A DNA stretch of 64,000 bases from Isurus oxyrinchus. Lineage: Eukaryota. Location of the stretch: the NCBI GenBank assembly GCA_026770705.1, contig JANJGN010000023.1, forward strand, positions 9,424,001-9,488,000. Reading direction: 5' to 3'. Position numbers and translations under genes: made by a program. Each line of letters starts with the position of its first letter. Within the stretch, counting starts at the first letter, position 1. The notes below the pieces were generated by a model. The model was not told where the DNA came from, ran no database searches, and worked only from the letters and a program-made list of their open reading frames with translations. Positions 1-12,395 of this stretch are shown here, piece by piece.

Positions 1-239
1 CCCACGTTTATAATGGCCAATGAAATCTGCGAAGCATGTTTATGTAGAACAGAAACAGGCCATTCAGCCCAATTGGTCTATGCTTGCTACTCCCACCCCT
101 CTTCTTCAAATCCTATCCTCCTATTCCTCTTACACTTATGTGGCCTCCAGGTGTCACAGTTACAGGTAATATAAGGTGTTACAGTTCACACAGGGAGTCT
201 GGGTTGCTGTGGTAACATGCAATTTTACATACATGTTGT

Positions 240-478
240 AATCTGGAGCCAAGGATGGCGATAGTGGAGTCTCCAATGTTCTTTCCATCACATGACTGAC
301 CAGGAACCTCTCCTGTTCTTACCACCTGTCATTGGCATGTGTTGGAAGGATTTGCAGGTTGATAATCAACCTGTTTGACCACATTATGACTGCATCTTTC
401 TTGGCCACTCAAGCCCTGGACTTGAACCCGGAACTTCTGGCTCAGATGCAGGGATGCTACCCACTGTGTCACAAGGTC
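240..478 (-). mobile_element. tRNA-derived SINE, degraded; same family as 57033-57255
   Basis: Minus strand shows a tRNA-like head with A box and B box (GGGTTCAAGTCC). The body is clearly similar to 57033-57255 (cttaccacctg..ttggcatgtg.tggaaggatttgcaggttga). Confidence 0.6.
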
Positions 479-479
479 A

Positions 480-760
480 CCTCTTCCCCTTAAATGCACC
501 TATGCTGTCCTCCTCTTGGTGTTAAGTTCAATAGTTTCACCACTCTGGGTAAATAATTCCTCATTGGATTTATATTTAACTGTTATTATAATATACAATT
601 ATAGCCCTGACTCCTGATCTCCTCCCCACCAGTGGAACATCTTCACTACTTTCTGATCAAACCCTTTAATAATGTTAAAGATCTATTAGGTCTTCCCACA
701 GCCCTCCTGTTTCTAAAGATAAGAGACCCAGCCTGCTCAGTCTTTCCTGTTACATGGTCC
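480..760 (-). mobile_element. CR1 LINE 3' fragment, degraded
   Basis: Reverse complement resembles the CR1 ORF2 C-terminus and 3' end seen intact at 28250-28597 and 37380-37810. Confidence 0.5.
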
Positions 761-913
761 CCATTTGTTAACCTTCATGGGCACTCAGTGCTATGACACT
801 GGAGTAGAGTCCACCACTAGGGTTAACCACATATGTAAAGCAGGTTAATGCGCTACAACCATGATTTGTTTCTAACGTGTGAATTTTTAAAAACATTTTT
901 TTTTTGCCATCAG

Positions 914-1064
914 ATAAAATATCATGAAGAATTTGAGAAAAGCAAAGGCACTTCTGCTGCAGCTGGTGAACGAAGGAACTCGAATGATATTCCACAACAC
1001 AATGTCCAGCCTGAGATGCATCGAGGTGAGCTGCCAAGCACACACGATCGCAAACTAAAGACGG
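914..1064 (+). CDS. LASP1: LASP1 internal exon (end of second nebulin repeat plus linker); alternative donor after 1025
   Basis: Acceptor tttttgccatcag at 901-913. Translates IKYHEEFEKSKGTSAAAGERRNSND..., matching LASP1 IKYHEEFEKS...ERRDSQD. Two phase-1 GTGAG donors (after 1025 and after 1064) both fit the next exon. Confidence 0.9.
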
Positions 1065-2113
1065 GTGAGGAAGACCAGTCAGTCAATCTTTGGTTCTAAG
1101 TATGACCACCAGTCCCCGGTCCCTAACACGTTAAAACATCTAGCAGTGGGTTTTTGCATCTGCTGCCCTCTCAAGAGGTCCACTAATAAAACTCTTACCA
1201 CTCTTAGCTTTGAAATTGTCAATTGGGTTGACCACTCATTGTCTGAAGACCTTCCCAATGTCAATCCTGCATTTGTCTTTCACTAATTTGTATCCTTGTC
1301 CAAATGTCACTATAATTTGAATTAGTGCTCCAAATTAACCCTTTCGATACTCTTTACCAAATTATGTATCACATTAGAATCCCATCTTTAGTTAGCAAGG
1401 TTGATTGGTCCTGTTTTTTCTGTTATAATTCCTCCTGTCTGGTCCTGTTTGGTTTATTGGGTATGGAAGATTGTAAAGGAATATTTTAACCCCCTATCAA
1501 ATCTCCCCTTAACCTGCCCTGCTGCAAGGAGATCAACCCCAACCTCTCTGTGCACCCGAAGTCATCAACCCAGCCTCCATTCTGGTAAATCCCTCCTCCG
1601 CCTTCCTTGATATCCAAGCCATGACATCCATCCTAAAGTTTTTAAAATAAATAGATAGTTGACTGGAGCAGCATTTGTCTAGCTAGGTAGGTCTTCATTC
1701 AGTAGGGATGTAATCAAGCATATGCGCACACACCTGATGATTCAAAGTGACATTCTAGCTCTACCTCTTTTATTCCAACCACAGCCCCTGTCATCCTGAC
1801 CATGATTTGCTGACTCTATGGTGCTATATGTGCAGTACCACAAAAGGGGAGCTATGGTTTTGCTGCATGGTGTGTATCCTGTACCATTGCAAATAGCTAG
1901 CTTTTGTAACTCGACATTTCTTCAATTTCCACCCCCATCTCTAAACTTCTTAAATTTGCATCCTCCCCCTACCCTTAGGCCTTGCATTTCCTTCCCATTT
2001 CCATCCCTTTCCTTTCCCAAATCGTATTCATTGTTCTACTTATTCACTGTTCCGAGTATGAGCGGTGTTAATTAGCTCCTGTCTTCTCATTTCCATCATT
2101 GGCCTCTGTGGAT

Positions 2114-3350
2114 GCTGGTGTGAGGTTGGGGGTGGGGGGGGTGAGTGGACGGCTGGTGTGAGGTTGAGGGTGGGGGGGTGAGTGGACGGCTGGTGTGAGG
2201 TTGGGGGTGGGGGGGTGAGTGGACGGCTGGTGTGAGGTTGGGGGTGGGGGGGTGAGTGGACGGCTGGTGTGAGGTTGGGGGTGGGGGGGTGAGTGGACGG
2301 CTGGTGTGAGGTTGGGGGTGGGGGGTGAGTGGACGGCTGGCGTGAGGTTGGGGTTGGGGGGGTGAGTGGACGGCTGGCGTGAGGTTGGGGGTGGGGGGGG
2401 GTGAGTGGACGGCTGGCGTGAGGTTGGGGGTGGGGGGGTGAGTGGACGGCTGGCGTGAGGTTGGGGGTGGGGGGGTGAGTGGACGGCTGGCGTGAGGTTG
2501 GGGGTGGGGGGGTGAGTGGACGGCTGGCGTGAGGTTGGGGGTGGGGGGGTGAGTGGACGGCTGGCGTGAGGTTGGGGGTGGGGGGGTGAGTGGACGGCTG
2601 GCGTGAGGTTGGGGGTGGGGGGGTGAGTGGACGGCTGGCGTGAGGTTGGGGGTGGGGGGGTGAGTGGACGGCTGGCGTGAGGTTGGGGGTGGGGGGGTGA
2701 GTGGACGGCTGGCGTGAGGTTGGGGGTGGGGGGGGTGAGTGGACGGCTGGCGTGAGGTTGGGGGTGGGGGGGTGAGTGGACGGCTGGCGTGAGGTTGGGG
2801 GTGGGGGGGTGAGTGGACGGCTGGCGTGAGGTTGGGGGTGGGGGGGGGTGAGTGGACGGCTGGCGTGAGGTTGGGGGTGGGGGGGGTGAGTGGACGGCTG
2901 GCGTGAGGTTGGGGGTGGGGGGGTGAGTGGACGGCTGGCGTGAGGTTGGGGGTGGGGGGGTGAGTGGACGGCTGGCGTGAGGTTGGGGGTGGGGGGGGTG
3001 AGTGGACGGCTGGCGTGAGGTTGGGGGTGGGGGGGGGTGAGTGGACGGCTGGCGTGAGGTTGGGGGTGGGGGGGGTGAGTGGACGGCTGGCGTGAGGTTG
3101 GGGGTGGGGGGGTGAGTGGACGGCTGGCGTGAGGTTGGGGGTGGGGGGGTGAGTGGACGGCTGGCGTGAGGTTGGGGGTGGGGGGTGAGTGGACGGCTGG
3201 CGTGAGGTTGGGGGTGGGGGGGTGAGTGGACGGCTGGCGTGAGGTTGGGGGTGGGGGGGTGAGTGGACGGCTGGCGTGAGGTTGGGGGTGGGGGGGTGAG
3301 TGGACGGCTGGTGTGAGGTTGGGGGTGGGGGGGTGAGTGGACAGCTGGTG
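2114..3350 (+). repeat. G-rich minisatellite, ~38-nt unit (GCTGGYGTGAGGTTGGGGGTG(7-9)TGAGTGGACG), about 32 copies
   Basis: Directly visible tandem array. Unit length varies about 37-40 nt through the G-run. Confidence 0.97.
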
Positions 3351-4131
3351 GTGTTCAGTTTGGTTGAAATGCAGTTGCCAACGTCTCCACCTCTGATGAA
3401 GGGAAACTGAGAGAACCATATCAACACAACGTGATTGAACATGTTAAAAGGGACTTTCATGAAAAAGCAGCTGTGACAATATTCTCCCTCTGGCTTGCAT
3501 TCATAAAATCCAACAGTGTCTGGTCACCTCACTGCGATGCAAGAAAACTTTTTCCAGACTTGCTGGGCGTTTGGGGGGGTGGGGTGGTGTGGGGAGAAAG
3601 AAATTCTGGAACCGTAGGGAAGATTTACAAGATCGTGCTGGAAGAACATTAGGGGCCATTTGGGTGTCATGACCCTTGTGCTTTGGGAAAAATTCTAAAT
3701 TTTCTTTGTGAGCTGTCCCTTTACGTCCAAAGTGAAACTAAGATAATTCTGGAATATGAGGCTAATTGGACTTCTTGGATATGACATCATTAGATTTTGA
3801 GAAGTTAACCTCCGGCTGGGGTTGCTATGGAACTGAAGCAAAGGATAAATTGACAGTTAATTGGGATATTGAATTACAGCTTGGGTTCTACAAAGGGTGT
3901 AGGACACGGTTGCAGAAAACAAAGACACAGACACAGGTCCTGGTGAAGAAGCAGAGAGAAGTTTCTTGAGAATAGGACAGGGACTGTGACGCTGTGGAAC
4001 ACTTCTTCGTGTTGAATCACCTCTTCAAAATTTAGAGACAAAAGCATATTTTCGATGCTTCATTTTGAAGCCTTTGCTACAATAATGCAAGTTGTTCCCA
4101 AACCCTGTTTAATTCTCTTGCCTTTATTCAG

Positions 4132-4211
4132 GCTACCAGCAACATCAGGAGCCCCAATCCCAAGACTACACTCCGCCCGCTGCCCCATGTGCCCCACCTT
4201 CCTCAACAGGG
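4132..4211 (+). CDS. LASP1: LASP1 penultimate exon (Q/P-rich linker)
   Basis: Acceptor ctcttgcctttattcag, donor GGG|GTAAGT. 80 nt, phase 1 in and phase 0 out. Translates (G)YQQHQEPQSQDYTPPAAPCAPPSSTG, comparable to LASP1 VYQQPQQQP...PAAP...GGG, and bridges the flanking exons in frame. Confidence 0.9.
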
Positions 4212-4254
4212 GTAAGTTCTTGTTTGAACCCTCTAACTGTTCTGTGGGTAAGAA

Positions 4255-5010
4255 GTAACTTGCATTTCTATAGCATCTTGCACCAAAGTTCAGCCCAGTC
4301 AGTCAACAGCTATTGTAATGTTGGAAATGTAGCTACCGATTTTAGCAAGATCCCACAAAGAGCGATGAGAGAAAGAAGCAGATACCTATTCTTGTGATGG
4401 CTGAGGGATAAATATTGACCAGAATACTGGGCAGATTACCCCAGCTGTTTTTTGAAATGGTGTCATGGGATCTTTCTCATCCACCTGAATGGGTGAACGG
4501 GGGCTCGGTTCAATGTCTCATCTGAAAGACAGCACCTCTGACAGTGAAGCATGACTGCACTGGAAATGTTAACCTGGATTAACAGATGCACAGAAGCAGT
4601 GGGGTGTACCATATGCAAGAAGCAATTGAGCAAGACCCCTTTGACAGTGGCTTCCAAATTCGCCACCACTACCACCTCGAAGGACAAAGGCAGCAAATGC
4701 ATGGGAACACCAACACCAAGTCACACACCATCCTGACTTGGAAATACATGGCTGTTCCTTCACTGCCGCTGGATCAAAGTCCTGGAACTCCCTCCCTAAC
4801 AGCACCGTGGGTGTACCTACACCACATGGACTGCAGTGCCTCAAGAAGGTGGCTCACCACCACCTTCTCAAGGGCAATTAAGGATGGGCAAAAAATGCGA
4901 CTTAGCCAGCGATGCTCTCACTGCATTGAAATAATAGAAAAAAATGTCCTCCAGTCTCCAGAATGGGACTTGAACCCATGCATTTAGAGGTAAGAATGTT
5001 ACCCCATGAG
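4255..5010 (-). mobile_element. Deu-domain SINE (SacSINE1-like) interrupted by a LINE 3' fragment at ~4575-4935 (+)
   Basis: Deu-type core on the minus strand (gagggataaatattgaccag). The inserted piece ends with caccaccttctcaagggcaattaaggatgggcaa, the LINE tail shared with 11640-11955 and 15890-16835. Confidence 0.65.
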
Positions 5011-5179
5011 CTGTGGATGTTACTTGAAGCACTTGAAGAGTGGTCATTTAGTGAGGGTCCAGATGGTTAACTTCACCCATGGAACTGTAATGGGAGAGTG
5101 GGCAATGTGTGTGTGATGGTGGGTGGGGAACTAAACGACTCCTTTGATAATCTCTCTCTTTTATCCTGTTGTTTGGTAG

Positions 5180-5353
5180 AAGCGATATAGAGCTGTGTAC
5201 GACTATGCAGCAGCTGACGACGATGAGATCTCATTCTTAGATGGCGACTTAATTGTTGATGTACAACAGATTGACGAGGGATGGATGTACGGCACCGTGG
5301 AGAGAACAGGCGACACTGGCATGCTGCCAGCTAACTACGTAGAAGCGGTGTAA
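5180..5353 (+). CDS. LASP1: LASP1 terminal coding exon, SH3 domain
   Basis: Acceptor ...gtttggtag. Translates [57 protein letters not shown], near-identical to the LASP1 C-terminal SH3. Confidence 0.97.
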   Translation, partial: KRYRAVYDYAAADDDEISFLDGDLIVDVQQIDEGWMYGTVERTGDTGMLPANYVEAV

Positions 5354-8300
5354 TGGAGCCCAGATCTACGCCTGCTTATGCTTTGGTTATATATATTATA
5401 AATAAATTACGTATGGATCCCAACAGTAATTTGACAAAAATATTAGGTAAAAACAATAATGTATTAAATTGTGGTTCCGATTACATAACATAGCTATTTC
5501 CATTTCTCTGATCTTAGTATTATTGGAATACAGTCAAAATTTTCTTTGGCTTAACTATCCTGAAGAGGGAAAGCTAGTCAGCTGTTGAAGCTTTTCACTG
5601 CTCTGCATTGTCCAACTCCCTTTTTTTTTAATAATCTGACTCTTTGCAGATCCTTAATTTGAAATTCTTGGTTTTGGATTACCGTACTTAATGATTGATT
5701 TGGATAATCTCAAATTAAGCCTCTTTTAGTCACAACTATCCTAGTTACACTGAAGCATGGTTTTTTTTTGCTTGTAAATTGCTGAAATAACTCAAGGTAG
5801 AGCAGGACCAAAATACAGGATTGTTCTCTCGGCTGGAGGGAGAGTTTGAATAAAGTTTGTCAAAAATTCTGTTTGATTCTTCAACTCTAAACCGAGAGTG
5901 AGAGACACAGACACACACCACATGGAGAGACACAGATGCACATAACACACAGAGACACAGACACAATACACACACACACAACACAGAAAAACACACAACT
6001 CAGAGGGACACAGACTCACGGGAGTGCATTGAGAGAGAGAATCACAGACACACAAATAACAGGAAGACTGGATTTCCAGTGTTCAAAATGCTATTTTTTT
6101 TTTTTACCTCATTCTTAATGTGTTAACCTAGTGAGTGAGTGCAGGAACATTATTTGACTGTGTGCGAAGTATCACAGCCAAATTGTTCAGTGGAACTTGT
6201 CCACAATTCTTGTAAAACCAGAAATCTCAATGTATTGTCTCCTACAGATAGTGGACCCTTTTGGCTCTTGCAATTTTTAGGAGAAGTGAAGCAAGCAGGT
6301 TGGAACAAAAAGCCTCCATAACTGTCCTTTTCCTCAAAAATGGCAGTGGATATTATGGACTGGGTGGGTGACTGACATCAGAAGATCAATTGCTCCATGG
6401 AATTGGAGAAGTGGATGAAACCTGCTGCCAATCTTCCCACCCCCACCCCCCCCCGCCCCCCCATCCTAAACCCGACTGTATGAAAAATCAGTCTTTGTTA
6501 CACTCAACTGGTGTAACATTTTGCAATTACAAGATTGGTGTTCCAATAAAACCTGAAAGCTATTTGTCCCATTCAATATGTTTGCAAGATCAGTGATCCA
6601 ACCTTCGGCTGTACATCCAACATCTGCCACTCATTTCAAATCTATGCTGGAGCTTCTTGTTAGTGACACCTGCAAACTCGATCTAATTTGCTATGTTTTT
6701 GTCCCATTTTGAAAATCAGATTTTGAAGCATTTTATGCCATTGAAATGAAACTGTGAAAGGCTCAAGTTGGCTAAAATATGCAACTTGAAGAGAGATGGA
6801 AAGAAAATGGTTAGTCTAACAGGGATTAATGCATGTTGCTTTTGAATCATTACTGTGTTAACTTATAATACTTGGGGCTTTAGTGAGATTGAATCAGTTT
6901 GCTGTGGAAAAGGTTGCCTGAACAACATTTTATCATTCCTATCAAGTAAAGTTGTGCTGACAATGGAGACCTGTCTCCAAACAACTCCCTCCACCACCTG
7001 GGTATTGAGCCAATGGGAACTAGTCTGGGATCTCTTTACACACACTCGCTGTATCTCATTCAGAGACATGAAGAGAGCAGCAGCACCTATCTTGCTGTGC
7101 CCATGTATATGTCCTTTTATGAACTCAGGTGCCAGAAGTGCACCAGCTGCCCTCAGTGGTACCACTATTTCTTAAAAGGTGTCAACAAGTCATTCATTTG
7201 TAAGTTGGCTGTTTTGACTGGTATTATACAAATTAGTTGATCAATTCCTACTTTTGGTTGTGAACATGATGTTGATGGGTTGATTAAATCTCTCAGAAGA
7301 TTGTATTGTATCATCCAAAGCTCTAACAGCTTTCTGCTGTTATGTTCTATAGCAAACTGCCCAGCATCCTTAGAAAGCATTGTAAATCCTCTGAGCATTT
7401 TGAGGTGGAAGCTGGGTTTATTTTGACTGTTTACAGTGAAATAAATATGAGACGGTTGTGCTCTACTGAATAGAATACTGATTAAATGTTGGAACAGTCT
7501 TCAATCAGGTGTCAGCCTTTAATCTAGACCGTGCATCACAAGTACAGAAATATTTTGTAGCAATTGGATAATTGTGTGGAGGGGTGCTGCTCATGTTTTT
7601 GGCTCTAAAAACAGCAAAAGCAATGGAATCCTTATGTGAAATGGCCTACCCTTTATATAACTGGTTAACTGATATGCTGGTAAAGTTCAGGCAGCTAAGC
7701 TAGCGGACCACTGAAGGTATGTACATAAACACAAATGTGTAGACATTCCGTGCCAATATTAATGACTCTTTCAACATTCCATGGAATCAGTACATTAACT
7801 GCTTAGTCTTAACACGCTATTTAATTTGAAACTTGCAGCTGTTATCGCTAATGAATTGGTAGAAAAATTGTGTTTTTATACACCATGCTTATCATGTTCA
7901 GCTTAGAGCTTTTGCTAAAGATGTTATTGAGTTACCCAAGCACCCGCAAAGAGGAAGTATCTGGAATTAGCTTTGGTCTCTGGGTGGCTGGTTTAAAATG
8001 AGGCTAAGTGCAAGGGGAGCAACTGTGTTTAAGCTACAGTTCCATTGACATGTGTTGGTTTGTTGAACTTGAGGTGGGGGGGTGGGGGGCATAAGGTTAA
8101 AGGTATTTCACCGTGAAGTACTCTGGGTTATTCCCAGCCACGGCATATGTCTCAGCAACCCCATCCCTCACACAGCAGCTTACAAGAAGTGGGGTTCATC
8201 AGCAAAGGGAATGTCCTCCTCTATTCATCTTAAATCACCTGGGCTAAGAAAGTGCCATTGATTTGTGTGACATTTTGCAAGACCAACTATACAACGTGCA

Positions 8301-8570
8301 GAATGTTTAAAAAGGAATTGTTGCAAGAATTTGATGATTGATTAGTTAATTAATTGGAAATTAAGAGGATGGTTGGAAATAAATGGTGGTATTAAAGATA
8401 TATATAAGTAATTGCATAAAATACTGGATATCTGTGATTCAGATGAAGCATGTCTTGGCATTTCTGAATTCTTCATTATGATGCTTGCAATTTTTAGGAA
8501 AAAATGTATTTTTGGCATGGTTCTTATATGACAGATTGTCAATAAACTAAATGATGGTAAATAATATGGG
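5354..8570 (+). other. LASP1: Probable LASP1 3' UTR (~3.2 kb)
   Basis: AT-rich stretch with no recognisable TEs after the stop codon. It ends near AATAAA 8541-8546, followed by U/GU-rich sequence; TEs resume at ~8665. Confidence 0.65.
8541..8546 (+). promoter_or_regulatory. Distal polyadenylation signal AATAAA
   Basis: Canonical hexamer at the end of the TE-free region, with downstream GU/U-rich sequence (tgtgttttatt). Confidence 0.55.
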
Positions 8571-8664
8571 ACAATAGTGTGGAATTTATTTATCTAGAAA
8601 TGTGTTTTATTATTGGAACTATTAATCTGTTCAGTTTACGGAAAGTCTATTATTCCTCAGGAGG

Positions 8665-8965
8665 GAAGAACTTGCATTTATATAGTGTCTTGCATCACCT
8701 CAGACGATCCCAAAACGCTTTACAACCAATGAAGTACCTTCTTCAATGTGCAGTTACTTTTGTAACATAGGAATTGCAACAGCCAGTTTGTGCACAAAAA
8801 GCAATGAGATAACAACCAATTAAACTTTTAAACAATTAAGGGAATAAGTATTGGCTAGAACAGAGGGGTGAACTGCCCTGTTCTTTGAAAAAGTGCCAAG
8901 TGATCTTTTATGGTCACCTGAGAATGCACATGATCCCTTGTTTAATGCATTGTCAGAAAGATTGA
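8665..8965 (-). mobile_element. Deu-domain SINE
   Basis: Minus-strand tail (aacttgcatttatatagtg...caatgaagtac) and Deu core. Confidence 0.65.
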
Positions 8966-9679
8966 GACATTAGAATTGATGAAGTATCGTTTTAATTAGG
9001 ATTATATACAATTTATGAGGTTTGGAGAATTTTGGAGAATAAGGTAATTGTGAATTTAATAAATTCACCTCTGACCTCTTGAACCAGAGAAAACATCCAG
9101 CAGGTACAATTTGCTTTGTCTCTTTAAATCTGTGCTGTGTCTGAAGGGGGAGAATTTCAGATTGCAACACAACATGCAGTTTATCACTGGAGTTTGATGT
9201 TGTGAACAATTCGATGTGATGAATTAAGAATATCACACGGGAAGTTCATCATCTTCACCAGACAGAGATGAGGAAGACCTTTTGAGCTTATCCTAGCTCA
9301 ACCAACAGAACACTACATACATGGATCACAACATCCGATTGGTCCTTAACTGGTGCCAGGATTTTTCACACCCCTGGCTATACACTTTTTTAAAAAAAAA
9401 TCTGAAGTAGGTGCTCATAGCTGTTCAAATTTGTCTTTTGCCTATTTGAACCTGTGCCCAGTGTCTTAGCTGAATTGATCCAAAATCATCTATTATAAAA
9501 TCATCTAATTAAAGAAGCACCACTGAGATCTTCTCATGTAACTTTTAAAGTTGAAAAGTCCTTTCCAGCCTTCTAACTTTGTCTTTGGCTATTGGTGCTC
9601 ATTCTTTAACTATGCCTGGTTTAATAAAAAAAAAAGCTTGTATTTCACATTCCAGGGCTTTCACAAAAAAGTGCTGACT

Positions 9680-9830
9680 CAACTGGAATTCTGAAATAGA
9701 AAGAAAAGATGCTGGAATACTCAACAGGTCTGGCAGCACATGTGGAGAAACAGTTACTGTTTCAGGTCAGAGATTAGGTTCTGATGTAGAATAATTGAGC
9801 TAAAACATGAATCGATCCTCTCTCAGACTG
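9680..9830 (-). mobile_element. Old Penelope-like terminal fragment
   Basis: gctggaatactcaacaggtctggcagca motif shared with the Penelope 3' terminus. Confidence 0.5.
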
Positions 9831-10135
9831 CATGACTTGCAAAGTACCTTTGAGCTGTAATCACTATTGTGATATAGGAAATATGGCAGTGATTTGTGCG
9901 CAATAAGCTCCCACAATCAGTAATGTGAAAATGACCAGATTTTTTTAATGTTGTTGTTTGAGGGATTAAATATTTGCAGGTCATGGGGAGAACTTGCCTG
10001 CTCCTTTTCAAAATAGTGCATGGAATCTTTTACATTCACTGAGAGAAACAGTGCCTCTGTTTAAATGTGTCATATGAAAGACAGCACCACTGACAGTGCG
10101 GCACTCCCTTTGTACTGCATTGCAGTGTCAATCTA
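9830..10135 (-). mobile_element. Deu-domain SINE
   Basis: Deu core and gacagtgcggcactccct head motif on the minus strand. Confidence 0.65.
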
Positions 10136-10995
10136 GAAGGCAGCAAGATTCCACAACTCACTTCCTCTCAACTCCAGGCTCTGATCTGAAACTGAGAAAA
10201 TTTTCTGCATCAGGAAAAACCCTTTTAAGTGAATTAAAAGAAGGTTTTCTAAAAAAAAAATCACAATTCTCTGAATCAATTCACTTCAGCCAGAGAGTAA
10301 CAATACTGTTACTGGGGTGTGGGTTGGGGAAGGAATGAAGGGGAACTGTTCAGTGGGTATGGGTGCTGAAGTGGTCAGTTGCCAAAGCTACCATGTTGGT
10401 AGCTGGGTCAATGTGTATGCTGCAATACAAACTTAATTCAATAGTACATCTGTCAATGTGATAACGTTATGGCATTGTCCCCTCTAAGCAAGATTACTGG
10501 GATGGTGGGAAGCTACAGTTAGCCCCAGCACACTGGGTTTTGGGGAGGGGGGGGATCATCCTCGATGTTGATCCTGATCAATATTCTGTGATAGTTGTTG
10601 GAAAGTGGCTTGTGTGGATGTTGAGTGAGTAGACTGAGCTTCCATTGACATCTTTTAGTGCTGTGCATCATCCAAAACTATGTGTTGGCCCTGTGCATTA
10701 TCTGAATTTGGGAGTGTTGACCTGTGAATCATCTGAACTCAAGTATTGATAAATGGATGAATTAAAATTAAATAGTCTTCCTCACCATGTGATTTTATGG
10801 GACTTATGATCATATTGGGTGTCTGTTATTTGCATCATTTACTACTTTGTTTTTTATGCCTATAACTCCTTCCCGTTTTCCTCCTCTCCCCTCCTCAACT
10901 GAAGCTGCTGACTCCTGTTCAGGTTCAATCCCACAGGAGCTGACAGTCCTCCTATATTACTGCCCATATCTGTGTTTCAACACGGTGTGTAAGAG

Positions 10996-11364
10996 ATAAA
11001 AACAAAAAACTGCGGATGCTGGAAATCCAAAACAAAAACAGAATTACCTGGAAAAACTCAGCAGGTTTGGCAGAGAAGAAAAGAGTTGACGTTTCGAGTC
11101 CTCATGACCCTTCGACAGAACTGAGTGAATATTAGAAGAGGGGTGAAATATAGGCTGGTTTAAGGTGGCGGGGGGGGGGGGGGGGGGTGGTGGCGGTGGT
11201 GGTGTGGTTGTAGACAACCACACCACCCCCCCCACCCCACCTTAAACCAGCTTATATTTCACCCCTCTTCTAAGATTCACTCAGTTCTATTGAAGGGTCA
11301 TGAGGACTCAGCATCAACTCTTTTCTCCGCTGATACTGCCAGACATGCTGAGTTTTTCCAGGTA
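10996..11364. mobile_element. Penelope-derived foldback (two inverted copies of the element terminus)
   Basis: Left arm is the reverse complement of the right arm around a G/C-rich centre. 14-bp TSD ac(g/a)gtgtgtaagag at 10982-10995 and 11365-11378. Confidence 0.85.
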
Positions 11365-11639
11365 ACAGTGTGTAAGAGGCTGTTTGACTCTGGGGGTGCC
11401 ACCAAAAGCAACAAGTTGCATTTATATTGTGCCTTTAACTTAGTGAATGACCCAAGGTGCTCCACAACAGCATAATCGGGCTGGTATTGGCAGTGAGGCA
11501 AAGAAAGATATTTAGATTGGCCAAGCTGCTGCTTACCAAAGAGGGAGGCTTTCAGGAGTACCTTAAAGGAAAGAGAGGTAGGGAGGTTTAGGGAGGGAAT
11601 ACTAGAACTTAGAGGCTGAATAGCTGAAGATGAGGCTCC

Positions 11640-11955
11640 TTGGACAGTATCTTCCAAACCCACAACCACTACCATCTGAGAGATAAGGGCAGCAGATACA
11701 TGGGAACACCACCATCTGGAGGTTCCCCTCCAAGTCACTCACCATCCTGACTTGGCAATGTATCGCCATTCCTTCATTGTCACTGGGTCAAAATCCTGGA
11801 ACGCCCTTCCTAACAGCACTGGGTGTACCTACTATGCCACATGGACTGCAGCGGCTTAAGGCAGCTCACCACCACCTTCTCAAGGGAAATTAGGGATGGG
11901 CAATAAATGTTGGCTTAGCCAATGAAGCCCACATTCCTTGAACAAATTAAAAAAG
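11640..11955 (+). mobile_element. LINE 3' end (CR1/L2-clade family sharing its tail with a SINE)
   Basis: Similar to 16560-16835; ends in gggatgggcaataaatg...cccacattcc plus an A-rich tail. Confidence 0.65.
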
Positions 11956-12049
11956 AAAGGAAGTGGTGGAGGCACATGAGGTTAGGATTGGAAGAACAGA
12001 GACACAGCCCAGTCTGGTCCTGTATTCTTCCTACATCCCCCCCTCCCCC

Positions 12050-12395
12050 TTCTTAGGCTGCCCCTTGGTTCCACTCTGGTTTGATGGGTTCTGAGGCGGC
12101 TGATATGTCCACTGCATGAGCTGCAGACTCTGCCGCACACGGGATGGGGTGATATTGGAGGATTGGGTAGATGGGTTGTTTGGAAGTTCGTGCGTTCCCT
12201 CCAATGTCGCGACTTCACATCTGCACGTTCCCTGCGAATTCTGTCGAAGTGTTCCGTGCCTTCCTGTCACAAGCCAAGGACCCCCATGAGTCAGCGATTA
12301 CATTTGTCTAATTCAGGGATGCTTTGAGGACATCCCTAAAAGCTTTCCTGTCCTCCTGGGAGTCTCCTGCTGCGACCTGGTTCCAAGTAGATCCT
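12050..12395 (-). mobile_element. RTE-clade LINE 3' fragment
   Basis: Minus-strand translation includes FRDVLKASL...DSWGSLACDR and a C-terminal zinc-finger-like VCGRVCSSCSGHISRLRTH, typical of RTE ORF ends. Confidence 0.6.

Noticed and set aside
848-1099. 83-aa ORF as a standalone gene
   Set aside because: Only 914-1064 is coding (LASP1 exon); the rest is intron.
2114-3350. CRISPR-like regular repeat
   Set aside because: No unique spacers, no cas genes, eukaryotic context.
2040-3460. Two ~455-aa Pro/His/Thr-rich minus-strand ORFs
   Set aside because: They are read-throughs of the stop-free minisatellite, antisense within a LASP1 intron; frames swap with G-run length.
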